A stretch of 64,000 nt of DNA from Hemiscyllium ocellatum (Eukaryota), in the NCBI RefSeq assembly GCF_020745735.1, contig NC_083423.1:24862001-24926000 (forward strand), given 5' to 3'. The position numbers were made by a program, and so were the translations under genes. Shown here one piece after another: positions 1-11,995 of this stretch. Within the stretch, counting starts at the first letter, position 1, and each line of letters opens with the position of its first letter. The notes beneath the pieces are model-generated. The model did not search any database and was not told the DNA's origin. It saw nothing but the letters and a program-made list of their open reading frames with translations.

Positions 1-267
1 ATAAAAAGAACAGGTCACAATAAAAAAAAGCCCTATATAGTGATCAGAATTTTTTTTTATTTTTGTCTTTTAATTATCAGGGTCTTCGTGTGAAACAAGC
101 TTATTGTTGTGATTTCTAAGAGGTAGCTTCAGTTGCCAAATGTTTACTGCTAATGTTTTCTCAATAAAACTTTGTTGCTGCCTTTTACTTGCAGCGAGTG
201 GCCACACTGTAGTTAGTAACGTAAAGAAAAACCTTTTATCAATAATAAATAGCTTAAATATAATACC

Positions 268-491
268 TGAAATAATACACATAGGTTGGTATCCTGTTAC
301 CAAGTCATCCTTTATTTACATGTGCGCAGTAAATAAATCAGGGTGCCCAAAGCCAGTCCCTGGACTGAGGAGACCTTTTGAATCTCCTGTTTGTATCTGT
401 CATCCAGGGCTCACTGATTGTGGTTGTTAACCTGGGCCAATCAAGGATTTCCTAGTCAGATATCCACTTGCTCTTGATTCCAATCATTGCA
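268..491 (-). mobile_element. Solo LTR of a Gypsy-type retrotransposon
   Basis: TG...CA termini with near-identical 5-bp flanks (atacc 263-267, gtacc 492-496). The reverse complement matches the LTR at 6305-6530 (cacatgtaaataaaggatgacttgg vs cacgtgtaaataaaaggtgacttg). Confidence 0.75.
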
Positions 492-1659
492 GTACCTTAA
501 TTATGTTTACTGCTTTCATGGATAAAAGTTTTGCGTGTAGTCTTTTTAGTTTTGTACTGGCAGCCATCTGTGGTACTGTTGGTAACAGTTCGTTTTCTCT
601 TGTTGTGGAGGATTCCTTTTAAATGCAGAAATGGCTGTTGAGTAGTTAGTTATTTCAGTGATGTCTCAACATTGCAGCTAATTGTGAATATTCTGTATGT
701 TTGGAAAAATGTCTCCGGTCAACAATACTTAAGGTATTCCACTCATTGTGAATGTATTAAGTAGTATATTGTGATGTTTTAATATTAATTGGGACCTTGC
801 CCTTTAAGTTTGTATACAAGATGTAGGCATTGCTGTCTAGGTCAACATTTATTGTCCTCAATAGGTTGATGCTGGGCTGTTTTCTTGAACTGTTGCAGTC
901 CATGGACAGCATGAACTGTGCTCTTATTATGGGAGCTCGAGTAGTTTGACACAGTAACAGCGAAGGAAGAGCAATATAGTTCCAAATCAGGATGGTGTGT
1001 GGCTTGAGAAGGACTCATAGCCAAGAATGGAAAAATCTGATTTTAGAGAGTTAATTTTAAGTGTCATGTGCTGAAAACAAAAGCTGTTGATTGTTGATTT
1101 TTGCATGTTAATCTTGGTAAATTTGTGCATTTACTTCCATAGTACCTCAGTTCTTAATTTCATAATGTTTCAACTTAATCCTTTGGTGTTTTGTTTTGTT
1201 TCTTTTTGAATATTGCTTTTGAGATTTCGTTTTCATGTTTTGGCAGCTCACTTCAATTCTCTCTTGAGAGGATCTTTAAAATAAGTAGCCAGGCATCTCT
1301 TTGATACATGAGAAGATGGGTTGGAGTAATAAAGGGGCTTATTTCCATGCAGTCAATATTAAATTGAATATAGAGGGAATAATACATTTCATTATAGTAC
1401 CTGTAATTTAGAAATGAAGCATGATAAACATTATAATCCAAATAACTTAACCTATTTGACATTTTTGCTTCTGAATTATCCAAATCATCTTGTGGGGTTT
1501 AACAGTGGCATCAAACAGTAGCTGAATGTAGCTGGCTGAGTTTGTAATATATTTATTAGTGTAAATATTGCCTTATTTTTGCCACTTCCAAAACATAATC
1601 ATATAGTTCTGACTGCTAATGTTCATAGTGTTGAGAAAAATACATTTAAGAGCTATACC

Positions 1660-2090
1660 TGTAAAATAGGCAAGAGGAATAAAAATAGGCCATTTGGCTT
1701 CTCAAGATTTGTCCATTTATTCATGGATGATTATGCTCATGATTCTATTTCCTGCCTGTCCACAAAAATGCTTGAATGTCAATCACAATTCTATCTAATT
1801 GTCTAGAATATATTGTATGACCCAGCCTTCTTTGTTCTCTGAAGAGAATTTCAAAGATAAACAGCTCAGAAGAAACTCCTTCCTCTGTCTTAAATGAGAG
1901 ACTTGTCATTTTGAAACTCTGCCAGTTAGATTTAGAATCCCCCAAGAGAAGAATACCATTTCAGTATTTACCCTGCCAAGCCACCTCAGAATCTTTTATA
2001 TTTCAAAAAGATCTTTCAATCTTCTAAATTTGAATAGGTATTTGCCAACCTGCTAAACATTTCATTTTAGCCTAATGAGTTCTTAACTCG
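1660..2090 (-). mobile_element. Old CR1-type LINE 3' fragment
   Basis: Degenerate similarity to the minus-strand LINE 3' ends at 14986-15330, 48570-49390 and 57650-58050. Confidence 0.5.
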
Positions 2091-5000
2091 TGTTTTGTTA
2101 TTCAGGTGGATACTTATTACTTATTTAAAATCATACCAGAGATCTATTGACATTATGCAATGGGGAATTCACTTTATCTGACCAGTATTCTTCCTAAACC
2201 AACAAAAACAAATTATAGTGATCCTTAATCAAATTGATATTTGTAGTATCCTAATTTATAGGATTTGCAGCACAGAATTGGGGGTACATTTGTCGACAAT
2301 ATTGGCAAATGCAACCATTAACTGTCTATAATGCCCTCTTTAAACTTCTCCTCCGCATAAAGTGAGCCCTAAAACCCTTAGTGACCCCTCTTTTCATCAC
2401 CTGTTAGGATCTCAAAGTGATTCAGTTTTTGTTTGATAATGCTCCTTAAAAGCACCTTGGAATGTTTGCTATGTTAGATGTGCTATATAAATACAACTTA
2501 TACACGAAAATGTTTTGAGTGTTGCCATGGGATGCTAAGAAATGTAATTCTCCTGTTTTTCAGTGTACTAGCAAGATTGACTACATCTATACCACTGCTG
2601 CCCTTAACAGCCCATCTAATGTTGGAATGCTCATCATGCCTTTGTACCTCCAAACTTAAATCGGTTTCCAAACGTGCACCCTCCCTAAACTGAAAATAAT
2701 TTAGCTGTCTGTATTCTGTTGCTTGCTTAGCATGTCTTTGTGGCCTGCTTTGATCCTTACTTCTTCCAAAGCTTAGAATTTAACATTTTGATGCTTGTTT
2801 AATGTCCTTGGTTTCCTTTCATGTTTGTCCTTTTGTAGAACCCTTGTAATCCCTGTAGCCTCCTACAGCTGAATTTCCCCCATCCCCACCAAAATCTTCA
2901 TCTGTACAATATAGAAATTTGTGTTTCCCTCCCACCTTTTTAATGTACCATGATTACCCCTTGACCCTTATAGGCTCTCTTAACTCCTCTGGCCCTTATA
3001 ATCCCTATTGTGTCTCTTTTAGACCCAAATCTTTGACAAATGGTTTACAGTACCTTCTAATAGCTGCTTCTTGAGCTTGTCATCCCATTTCTTATCTTCA
3101 GGATATTTTGCTACATTACAGCTGCATGTTTTTATCTCCTGTTGCTGGCTGCTGCTTTCCTGTTGGACAATGCTGTTATTATTCTTGGTTTCATAGGATT
3201 AAACAAAAACAAAATCATAAAGGCATTATTTGCAATCTTGGATTTCAGCACTCACTGTCGTAGTTATGTTAGAAAACTACTAGTATCGTTTCATATGTGG
3301 CTTAATATTTCCAATTGATTCACTAAGAAAACAGAAAAAAATATAATTTTGTGATTATAAACAAACCAAACCTGAAATTTCTGAATTTGCTATGCTTGTA
3401 GAAGAAACTGAACTTATCTGTGAGATTTGTATGGGAGATGCCAATTGTATAATTTAGTATGTGCTGTAATTATCCTGTAACATTTAAGTGTTTTACCTGA
3501 AAGTAGAATGATTAATTCAAGCAGAGTCATGCTTGGCAATGTTGAAATATTTAAATAAGAAAGGTCTATCAGAGTTTGGCAATCCAAGTTATTTTATCAG
3601 TTTTAAATCTCTTTCCTCTTCCCTTTTGTTGAGGTGTTGGAAATATACCATAGCTCACTCATTTCATACAATATTTTACTGTCTTTCAATTTAATGAGAG
3701 ATTTTTAATTTTATCGACCGTTTGTAAAGCAAGTGTTCATCTTGTCTTCTGGTGCAAAAATTCCTGTTAAATTTTATTTTTAATCCTTTAAAAGCTTTGA
3801 TTTTAATTTAAGTTCATTGGGACTATTTACTCCATAACATAGTGGTTTAAAAATGGCAAAGGTGGGCTCTTAAGCTGTAATTGTGTTTTGTTGGTGACAG
3901 TGGTTGTTCCTTGATTTGAGGATGACATCAACTTGAATTTCTGCAATGAGATTTGACAAGCAGATTCTGACAGAATTGTGAGTGTGACAGTGTTGGGGAA
4001 TCTTTGGATGCCAGAATTAGTCTCAATTTTGATAGGTTGAGGCCAGCTTTTATTAATATATAAAACCACAACAAGAAGAGCACCTTGCCATTGAAGCCTC
4101 CTTCCAACTTCACATTGTGAGATGTGCAGTCTTCCTTCCCCTGTTCTGTAGTTTAGGATTGAACGCCACACGAGGATCCTGCCATGCACACAGTTGTAGT
4201 TACATTTATTGATACTGTCAACAAACACAACTATTAACTATCTGTAATCCCCCCGCCAAAACATTAAACGGCAGCATCTTGGTCAATGAGTTGGTATGTT
4301 TTAGGAGTGGGTGTCCAAAGGATCATTGTATCATTGCCATCTTAAAAGTGCAAAAAACTACATACCATTTTGAGTGCAGTTGGCTGAGTTTGTAGCATGT
4401 TTCAGTATAAATATTGCTTTATTATGCCACCACTAAAACATGAGCACATAGTTTTGGCTGTCAATATTTCATACTGTGTTGAGGGTAATGCATTGTTGAT
4501 CACCACTTTGTTCACTGGCAAGTCAATAAATGTCCTCTCCTATCAGCATCAGCTGGAACAGGAATAAATAGATTAATGCTGAGGATTTTCATCACTGCTT
4601 GAAGCTATGCTTAGCTTTCACTGTTCACTTGCTATTGGACTGCATTTTATAGAAGACTTTTTTGATAAATGTTGGATGACTTTATGGGACAGTTTTTCAA
4701 AATTTCAACAACACTTTACAACAATTTTTCATTGGAATTCTTAGGACTTTACCTATGCTTGTCCACCTTATTGACTGTCTTTTTTTAAAAAAAAAATTGT
4801 GAAATGGAATATCCTCATCTTGGGGATCTTGATTTTGTGATCCCCAGTGACCTACAAATTGAAAGGAATGGGAGAATAGACCCAGGAGAGGAGACCTGAT
4901 CTTGCAGGAAGTGAACTCGGCTCCTTCTCTGGACTTGATCCACCAGGAGCTTCTGTGCCCATCTTGGGAAATTGTTTACCTGAGTCATTCTGAAACACTA

Positions 5001-5924
5001 TCTGGCTGCCAGCACAGTTTACGCTTCCGCTGTAAGTGGATGTGTGGAAGGTATATATGGTTAATGTAATGCGTCTAATATGTAGATGAAGAGAGTTGGT
5101 ATGCTTTCTGCTTTTCTGTGCTGGTTTGCTACTTGTTTTTAGCCTTTGTTGCTGGCTAAAAGCAAAGCAAAAAAGATAGCCAAATATGTATGGATCTCTG
5201 TCAGTACGCAGTCTCTCATTGGCAAGCCCTCCATCTTGCCTCCTCATAGACCTGAGCTTAAAGTTAGAGGAATCTGAGGCGGTTTGGCTGACTGTTATCA
5301 GGACACACTCCTGCAACAAAATCCCAGTCATGGGTGAATGGCTTCACTGCCTTGTGCACACTTCAGGACAAAGCTTAGTCCCTCAGCAACACAGTTGACT
5401 CTCTATTGCTGCCCTCTGAAATGGCACAACAATCTATTCAGTTGGATGAACCACGAGAAATAGGAAGGAAACTGAACAAACCACCTGACGTCCACTCAGA
5501 AGCACATTCCTGTTGACTCTGCACAATCTTTCCTGCTGTCCTTTGGGAGCTAGTGTCAAAATTGGGAGAACTGTCCTGCAGACGAGACATGCAATTGCCT
5601 GACATGGTTCGGGAAGTATTCTCATGGAAGCATGTCTCAGCAGTTCTGACAAAGAGTCACTGAAGTCTTATCTATTAAACAATATGAAAAAATACCCAGA
5701 TTTGTCCTGTTCACTCCAGGACAAGTTCAACCTGGCAAGTTACTGTGTCATCAGTTTGCACTTGATCATCAATAACATGATAGAAGGTTTTATCACTAGT
5801 GCTACCAGTACTTGCTTAGCAATAACCTCAGTGATGTCCAGCTTAGTTCTGGCTGGATCACTCAGCCCTTAACCCCCAATACAATATTAGTGGAAACATG
5901 ATCAAAAAGGCTGAATTCCATGAG

Positions 5925-6156
5925 TCAAGCATGAGCACTACACCACAGTGTAGTGCTGGAAAAGCACGGTGGGTCAGGGAGCATCTGAGGAGTAGAAGGA
6001 TTGAAGTTTTGGGTATGAGCACTTTATCAGGAAAATTTTCTGATCAAAGTTTTATGCCTGAAACATCGATTCTCCTGCTGTCTGACCTGCTGTGCTCTTC
6101 CAGCATCATATTCTCGACTCTGATTTTCAGCATCTACAGTCCTCACTTTCTCCTGT
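5925..6156. mobile_element. Palindromic non-autonomous Penelope-type mini-element
   Basis: Inverted arms (gtgctggaaaagcac... / ...gtgctcttccagcat). Flanked by tgaattccatgag at 5912-5924 and 6157-6169. Arm matches the Penelope 3' end at 61416-61500. Confidence 0.75.
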
Positions 6157-6304
6157 TGAATTCCATGAGAATGACTGCTCCTGCTATCAAGGCCACATTT
6201 GACCAAATGTGGTATCAAGGAACCCTAGTAAGGCTGGAGTCACTAGAAATTGGCGATACTCTCCACTGATTTGAAAGCATGCCTGGCACAAAGGAAGATG
6301 GTGA

Positions 6305-6530
6305 TTTAAGTGATTGTAACAACGTTAACTAGGTGGACCCCTAGAATATGCGTTCTGTGACTGGGGCTGTTAACCTGGTCCATCAGGCCCTGGCTGACCA
6401 TTATAAGCAGGAGTGTTGGAGGTTCTTTTTACCTGAGAGCTGGCTCTGAGGAAGCTGGATCAGTGTCACGGACTTTCCACGTGTAAATAAAAGGTGACTT
6501 GTTTGGATACCGACCTCTGGAGTTACTTAG
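6305..6530 (+). mobile_element. Gypsy-type LTR
   Basis: TATA-like ttataa near 6401 and AATAAA at 6486. Homologous to 268-491 (-) and to the partial LTR at about 7420-7487 (-), which follows a polypurine tract. Confidence 0.7.
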
Positions 6531-7420
6531 TTGTGAAGAATGCACATCCAGTCACCTTGAGTGGGTGTCTGCAATGACTAAGAACATTTAGCCCATGAAA
6601 GTCAATTGCATAGTCAACATGTAACAGAGTCCAGAGTTTACCTGGCCATTCTCTCAAATATGGAAGAGCTACTAGCGGTAACTTTTTTGTCCTTGTTGGC
6701 ACTCTAGCTATTGCCCCACCAATGCGGCTATTTCTATATCCAATCCTGCCCACCAGACAGAAGTTCTCACCAGCATCTTCATTTTGGATGATCCTGGTGG
6801 AATTAGCCAGTATCTGGCAGTGATCTTTGCTTGGGGCAATCATTCTTACTCCCCGTAATAATAATGATACGCTGATTTCTACTATGATCTGGTTTGTCTG
6901 GATCCAAAGAAGTTTCCGTTCTGGTTGTGTTGGTCTAGTTTCCTCCATCACCATGAGCTGTTTCAGTTTTGTCAGGACTGGAACTTTCTGCATGCAAAGT
7001 CTGATTATTGTCAGCTGTAATTGGAAGTGCATTCAGAAAATTCAAAACCATTATAGACCCTTTAAGTAGCAATACCACAGTTGATGTATCTGCCAGTGGG
7101 AGGGGGCTCAATGCATCTGCATTTGCTACTTGTCCTCCCAGACGGAGTTCCAACTTATAATTATAGTCACTTAATAGGAGAACCCACCACTAAATTTCAC
7201 CTGAAGCTATGGGTGACACTGCCTTGTGTTCTTTAATTAGACCTAATAGGAGTTTGTGGTCCATTTTTATTACAAATTTACATCTGTAAAAGGTATGGGT
7301 GGAAACTTGGTGTCTCCAACTATGATCACCAACCTTCTTTGTCTATCTGGGCGTATTTGTGCTCTGCATTAGCCAAAGTCTTGGATGCATACGCTATTGG
7401 GCATTCCTCTTCATTGAGCC
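6531..7420 (-). mobile_element. Gypsy pol relic: RNase H, linker and integrase N-terminal part
   Basis: Translated fragments PIAYASKTL, KYAQIDKEG, VANADALSPLPL and EWPGKLWTLLHVDYA are typical Ty3/Gypsy RH-IN motifs. Frameshifted. Confidence 0.85.
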
Positions 7421-8560
7421 AGGTAACAGTCTCATTCAAGGAACTCGTATGAGATCCACCTGGCTGACCTGGTTATAATCACTAAATCCCTCCCTCTCTG
7501 AGTTTGAGGATGTAGGCCAGTTCTCTCTCGGCTCCTCCTGGGACTTTCTAGCATCAGATCAGGTTCCTCCAAGTCTGCTTCTGATGAGAGCAGCATGTAA
7601 CACACAGTGGCTCAGCTCTTGTACCTAGACCATGTTGGATCTCGCCACTTCAATGCCTTTGCCACCTGAAGAGATGAATGAAAAAATTCAGAGATGGTCT
7701 GGGTGCAAGAGCTGAGCTACTGTGTGTTACACGCTGCTCTCATCAGAAGCAGAGTTGGAGGAACCTGATCTGATGCTAGAAAGTCCCAGGAGGAGCTATG
7801 AAAGAAAGAACTGGCCTACATCCTCAAGCATGACCACGTTGGATCTCCGTTTGGGAGAGCCTACAGGCCCCGCAACAGTCGGAAAGGCACTAGAGGAGCT
7901 GAGCATGTTTTGCTCCAGTATCATTTACAAGTTTGCAGCTTTCATATGGTCCATGTGTTTCTTCAGGACTGTTGTACATACCAGAACTTTTAAATGTCAT
8001 TGGACCTGACCCTGTGTTGACCATGCTCCTTTAACCTTACAGGGCCATTCCCATGGTTCCTACACCAAACTTTGTCCCCTGAAGTAAACTGTCTCTCGCT
8101 TGGTGGAATCTTGTGTCTGGCATTGGCATTTCTGATGCCATTTCACCCTTTTGTGCACACACACGCACACTTATAAAGTACTTGTGTGTGTATATATGAA
8201 TGTATATATTTATATATACAATGTGTGTGTATGTTTATAAAACCTGTGTGTATATCTACATGCATTCACATCCTGGAATATCGGTGCAGAGTTGTCTCCC
8301 CATTAGCAACTCTGAAGCTGCCTCTGTAGATTTGAGGGGTGGTCCTATAATCCAACAGGAACTGAGATACTTTAGTATCAAGAGAAGCTGTAGGCTGTTT
8401 CTTTAAGGCTGCCTTCAATGTTTGGACTGGTCTTTCTGCCAGATCTTTGGAAGATGAATGGTATGGTGCAGTCCTTATATGACAAATACCATTTGACTTC
8501 AAGAAATACTCAAATTCCCTGCTGGAAAACGATGGCCTGTTATCTGTGACACTTTCTTTA
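7420..8560 (-). mobile_element. Gypsy relic: integrase core/C-terminus, 3' region, PPT and start of the 3' LTR
   Basis: VTDN...KSNGICHIRTAPYHSSSKDLAERPVQTLK...YRTTP (ORF 8266-8502) and KKHMDHMK. PPT gagagggagggga on the minus strand at about 7488-7500. Confidence 0.85.
7504..7827. repeat. Inverted repeat, about 130-bp arms (7504-7633 and 7694-7827)
   Basis: ctcctcctgggactttctagcatcagatcaggttcctccaa is the reverse complement of ttggaggaacctgatctgatgctagaaagtcccaggaggag. Confidence 0.95.
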
Positions 8561-10361
8561 GGTTTTTTTTTGCAAGACCATCTTCAGCTACTTCAGTGAC
8601 CTTTCCCTCCATCATAAAGTCTGAAATGGGGATGTTTGCTGATGACTGTACAATGATGATCACCACTTGCAATTTTGAAGTCCATGTCCAACTGCAGCTG
8701 AATCTGGAATACATTCAGATTTGGGTTGAAAAATGGCAAGTAGTAATCTTGCCACACAAATGTCAGGCAGTGACTGTATCCAACAGAGCGAATCTGCTTA
8801 TCATCCCTTGACATTTAATGGCATTAGTTTTACCATCACTGAAACTCCCATTGTCAACGTCCTGAGGTTACCACAGATCAGAAACTGAACTGGAATAGCC
8901 ACACAAAAACTGGTGGCTACAAGAGTAGGCCAGCACCTAGGAATCTTGAAATGAATAACTAGCCTCCTGACTCCATAATCTGCAAGCCAGAAGTTGGGTG
9001 TGATTGAATACTCTGCACTTGGCTGGATGAGTGCAGTTCCAAAAACACTAGTGAAGTTTCATATAAGATAAAGTAGCCCATCAAAACGTCCACAAACATG
9101 TAGTCTTTACAGTACTAACTCTCAGTACTAACTCTCAGTACCAACTCTCAGTACTAACAGTGTGCAGGAATTACAAGATGTGTTGCAGAATTTCTCCAAG
9201 GTTCTTCAGACAATACCTTCCAAACCTGTGACCTCCACCACCTAGAGGTCAAAGATTTATACATTATGCTTTGTATTCCTTTAAACCTAGTTGGAGAGTT
9301 TGGAAAGGAGAACCTCTATGAGTGATGAACCCAACTTAACTGGCAAAGAGCACATATACTACAGCTATTCTAGTCGAAATATGTCCCACTGATCAGCCCC
9401 TGACCTATAAGATGCTGACCTTCCACTGTCTACCTGCTATAATAGGTGCTCAAAGTGTGCATTCAACATGTGGAAGGAATCCATTGCATTAGCCAAACAA
9501 ATGAGTAGCAAGAAGATACTAACTCAATTAGCAAACTCAAATGTCAGGACCAGCTGCATGGGCTTGACAGATGACTTGCAGTTGGTTGATAAGTGCTCAA
9601 GACAGACAAAATTGACATAAATTTCTCTGACTGCATACTGATATTGTGTTTGTATAAGAAATCAAGCTTGCTGAATACAGATCGCTGAAAGGAAAGTATT
9701 AAACATTTATCGAACGAGGGAAAAATTCAAACAAGGTTTGAGCAAGGTATAGTTTTTGTTTTAAGGAGTTCACAAATAATTGAACATAGAGACTTGTTGG
9801 ATCACATCCTCCCCTACAGTTAATCTGAACAGATTTTTTAAAATTCAATGACAGGTTCTATCATAGTGATGTTAGTCTTAAACCAGTCAAGAATTTTTCA
9901 CTCTTCCCTTCCCATATGTTCAGAATACAGTGTGTGTGTATCTACATGCAACAAATTTAAGTCCCCACAAATGGTTCAAAATTTGTCCTCACCATACACT
10001 CTTTGGTTGAAGAAGGCCAGTTAATTTCATGAGAAACTACATTCTAACTTTGTTATCCACTACAGTGGTAAAAGTCCAATTTTGTAAGGAGCTGAAGCTA
10101 TTCAGGTATCAATTGAATTCCTAAGTGAGAACATCTTTATGTACTGGCAGATTTCAGTGCCTGACTGTTTGCAGAAAATGAGGCATGGCCCTTCAGCTTT
10201 GCACATCATGGCCTGGTACAGAGAACTGAAATTGGCATAGATTGCTGAACTATGCTGCCATGAGCTTTATGTAACTAGCTCCTTTTTTCAGAATAAGTCA
10301 TGTCACAAGGTGTCCTGGAGAAGTCCAAGATTGAACATTGGCACCAAATGAATCTGAGCAT

Positions 10362-10559
10362 TGCCATCTAAGTGTGGCACTGGAAAAGCACAGCAGGCCA
10401 GGCAGCAACCGAGGAACAGAAGAATTGATGTTTTGGGCATACACCCTTATAACCAAAACATTGATTCTCCTGTTCCTCGGATCCTGCTTGACTTGTGCTT
10501 TTCCAGCGCCATATTTTTCGACTTTGATCTTCAGCATCTTCAGTCCTCACTTTCTGCTA
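10362..10559. mobile_element. Palindromic Penelope-type mini-element, same family as 5925-6156
   Basis: Inverted arms ctggaaaagcaca.../...tgtgcttttccag. Flanked by aatctgagcat at 10351-10361 and 10560-10570. Interrupts the RTE endonuclease region. Confidence 0.8.
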
Positions 10560-10948
10560 AATCTGAGCATCATCAGATATGGCTGTCTGAGAAGTATTCT
10601 TGTCACATGTATCTATCATAGTTGATTCTAATGCAACAAGCTTAGGATATACCCCTTTTTTTGTTCAAAGCAGAAGTACCATTTGCATAACAATGCCATG
10701 TTTCGTATCAGATAAAATTTGACAGTTTCTTGGCTCAGTTGAACAGGTGCTCTTTGCATTTCCTTGTAAAGTGCAGAAGTGAAATTGAATATACTGCAGC
10801 ACTGTATTCTGAACATATGGGAAGGAAGAGTGAAAAATTCTTGACTGGTTTAAGACTAACATCACTATGATAGAACCTGTCATTGAATTAAAAAATTCTG
10901 TTCAGATTAACTGTAGGGGAGGATGTGATCCAACAAGTCTCGATGTTC

Positions 10949-11995
10949 AAAGTTTTTGAGAAGATTTGTAGCTCGGGTGCTTGTTGTTGTGGTTCTGTTC
11001 ACCGAGCTGGGAATTTGTGTTGCAGACGTTTTGTCCCCGGTCTAGGTGACATTCTTGGTTCTTGGGGGCCTTCTGTGAAGCGCTTCTGTGTTGTTTCCTC
11101 TGGCATTTATAGTGGTTTGTGTCTGCCGCTTCCAGTTGTCCGTTCCAGCTGTCCGCTGCAGTGGCCGGTATATTGGGTCCAGGTTGATGTGTTTGTTGTT
11201 AGAATCTGTGGATGAGTGCTATGCCTCTAGGGATTCCCTGGCTGTTCTCTGTTTTGGCTTGTTCTATAATAGTAGTGTTGTCCCAGTCGAATTCATGTTG
11301 CTTGTCATCTGCGTGTGTGGCTACTAAGGATAGCTGGTCGTGTCATTTCGTGGCTAGTTGGCGTTCATGGATATGGATTGTTAGCTGTCTTCCGTTTGTT
11401 CTATGTAGTGTTTTGTGAAGCCCTTGCATAGGATTTTGTACACTGTTGGTTTTGCTCATGCTGGGTATCGGGTCCTTTGTCCTGGTGAGTTGTTGTCTGA
11501 GAATGGCTATTGGTTTGTGACCTGTTAGGAGTCCTAGTGGTCGTAGTAGTCTGGCTATCAGTTCAGAAATGTTCTTGATGTATGGTAAAGTGGCTAGTCC
11601 TTTGGGTTATGGCATGTCTTCATTCCATTGTTTTTCCTTTAGGCATCTGCGGATGAAATTGCACACACACATGACAAGAAACATAAGTTCGACTGGGACA
11701 ACACTACTATTATAGGACAAGCCAAACAGAGAACAGCCAGGGAATTCCTAGAGGCATGGCACTCATCCACAGATTCTATCAAGAAACATATCGACCTGGA
11801 CCCAATATACCGGCCACTGCAGCGGACAGCTGGAATGGACAACCGGAAGCGGCAGAGACAAACCACTATAAGTCCCAGAGGAAGCAATACAGAAGCGCTT
11901 CATAGGAGGCTCCCAAGCACTGAGGATGTCACCTAGACCGGGGACGAAACCTCTGCAACACAAATTCCCAGCTCGGCGAACAGAACCACAACAAC
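10949..11995. mobile_element. Penelope-like element with inverted structure (minus arm 10949-11662, plus arm 11663-11995)
   Basis: Both arms match the GIY-YIG region and 3' end at 44216-45024. Possible degenerate 13-bp flank duplication at 10936-10948 and 11996-12008. Confidence 0.9.
11917..11956 (+). ncRNA. Minimal hammerhead ribozyme motif in a Penelope terminal repeat (helix III variant)
   Basis: gca-CTGAGGA-t-gtcacct-agac-cggggac-GAAA-cctc-tgc. Confidence 0.6.

Larger units (their letters stand above)
5390..9260 (+). mobile_element. Decayed CR1-clade LINE, split by a mini-Penelope (5925-6156) and a Gypsy block (6305-8560)
   Basis: RT motif IKATFDQMWYQG (about 6185-6220) continues after the insert as PSIIKSEMGMFADDCTM...IQIWVEKWQV (ORF 8596-8811). 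The 3' region resembles 23760-24270. Confidence 0.7.

Noticed and set aside
9112-9158. 13-bp tandem repeat (tactaactctcag); similar short duplications near 54410, 56725 and 56990
   Set aside because: Ordinary slippage duplications within decayed LINEs.
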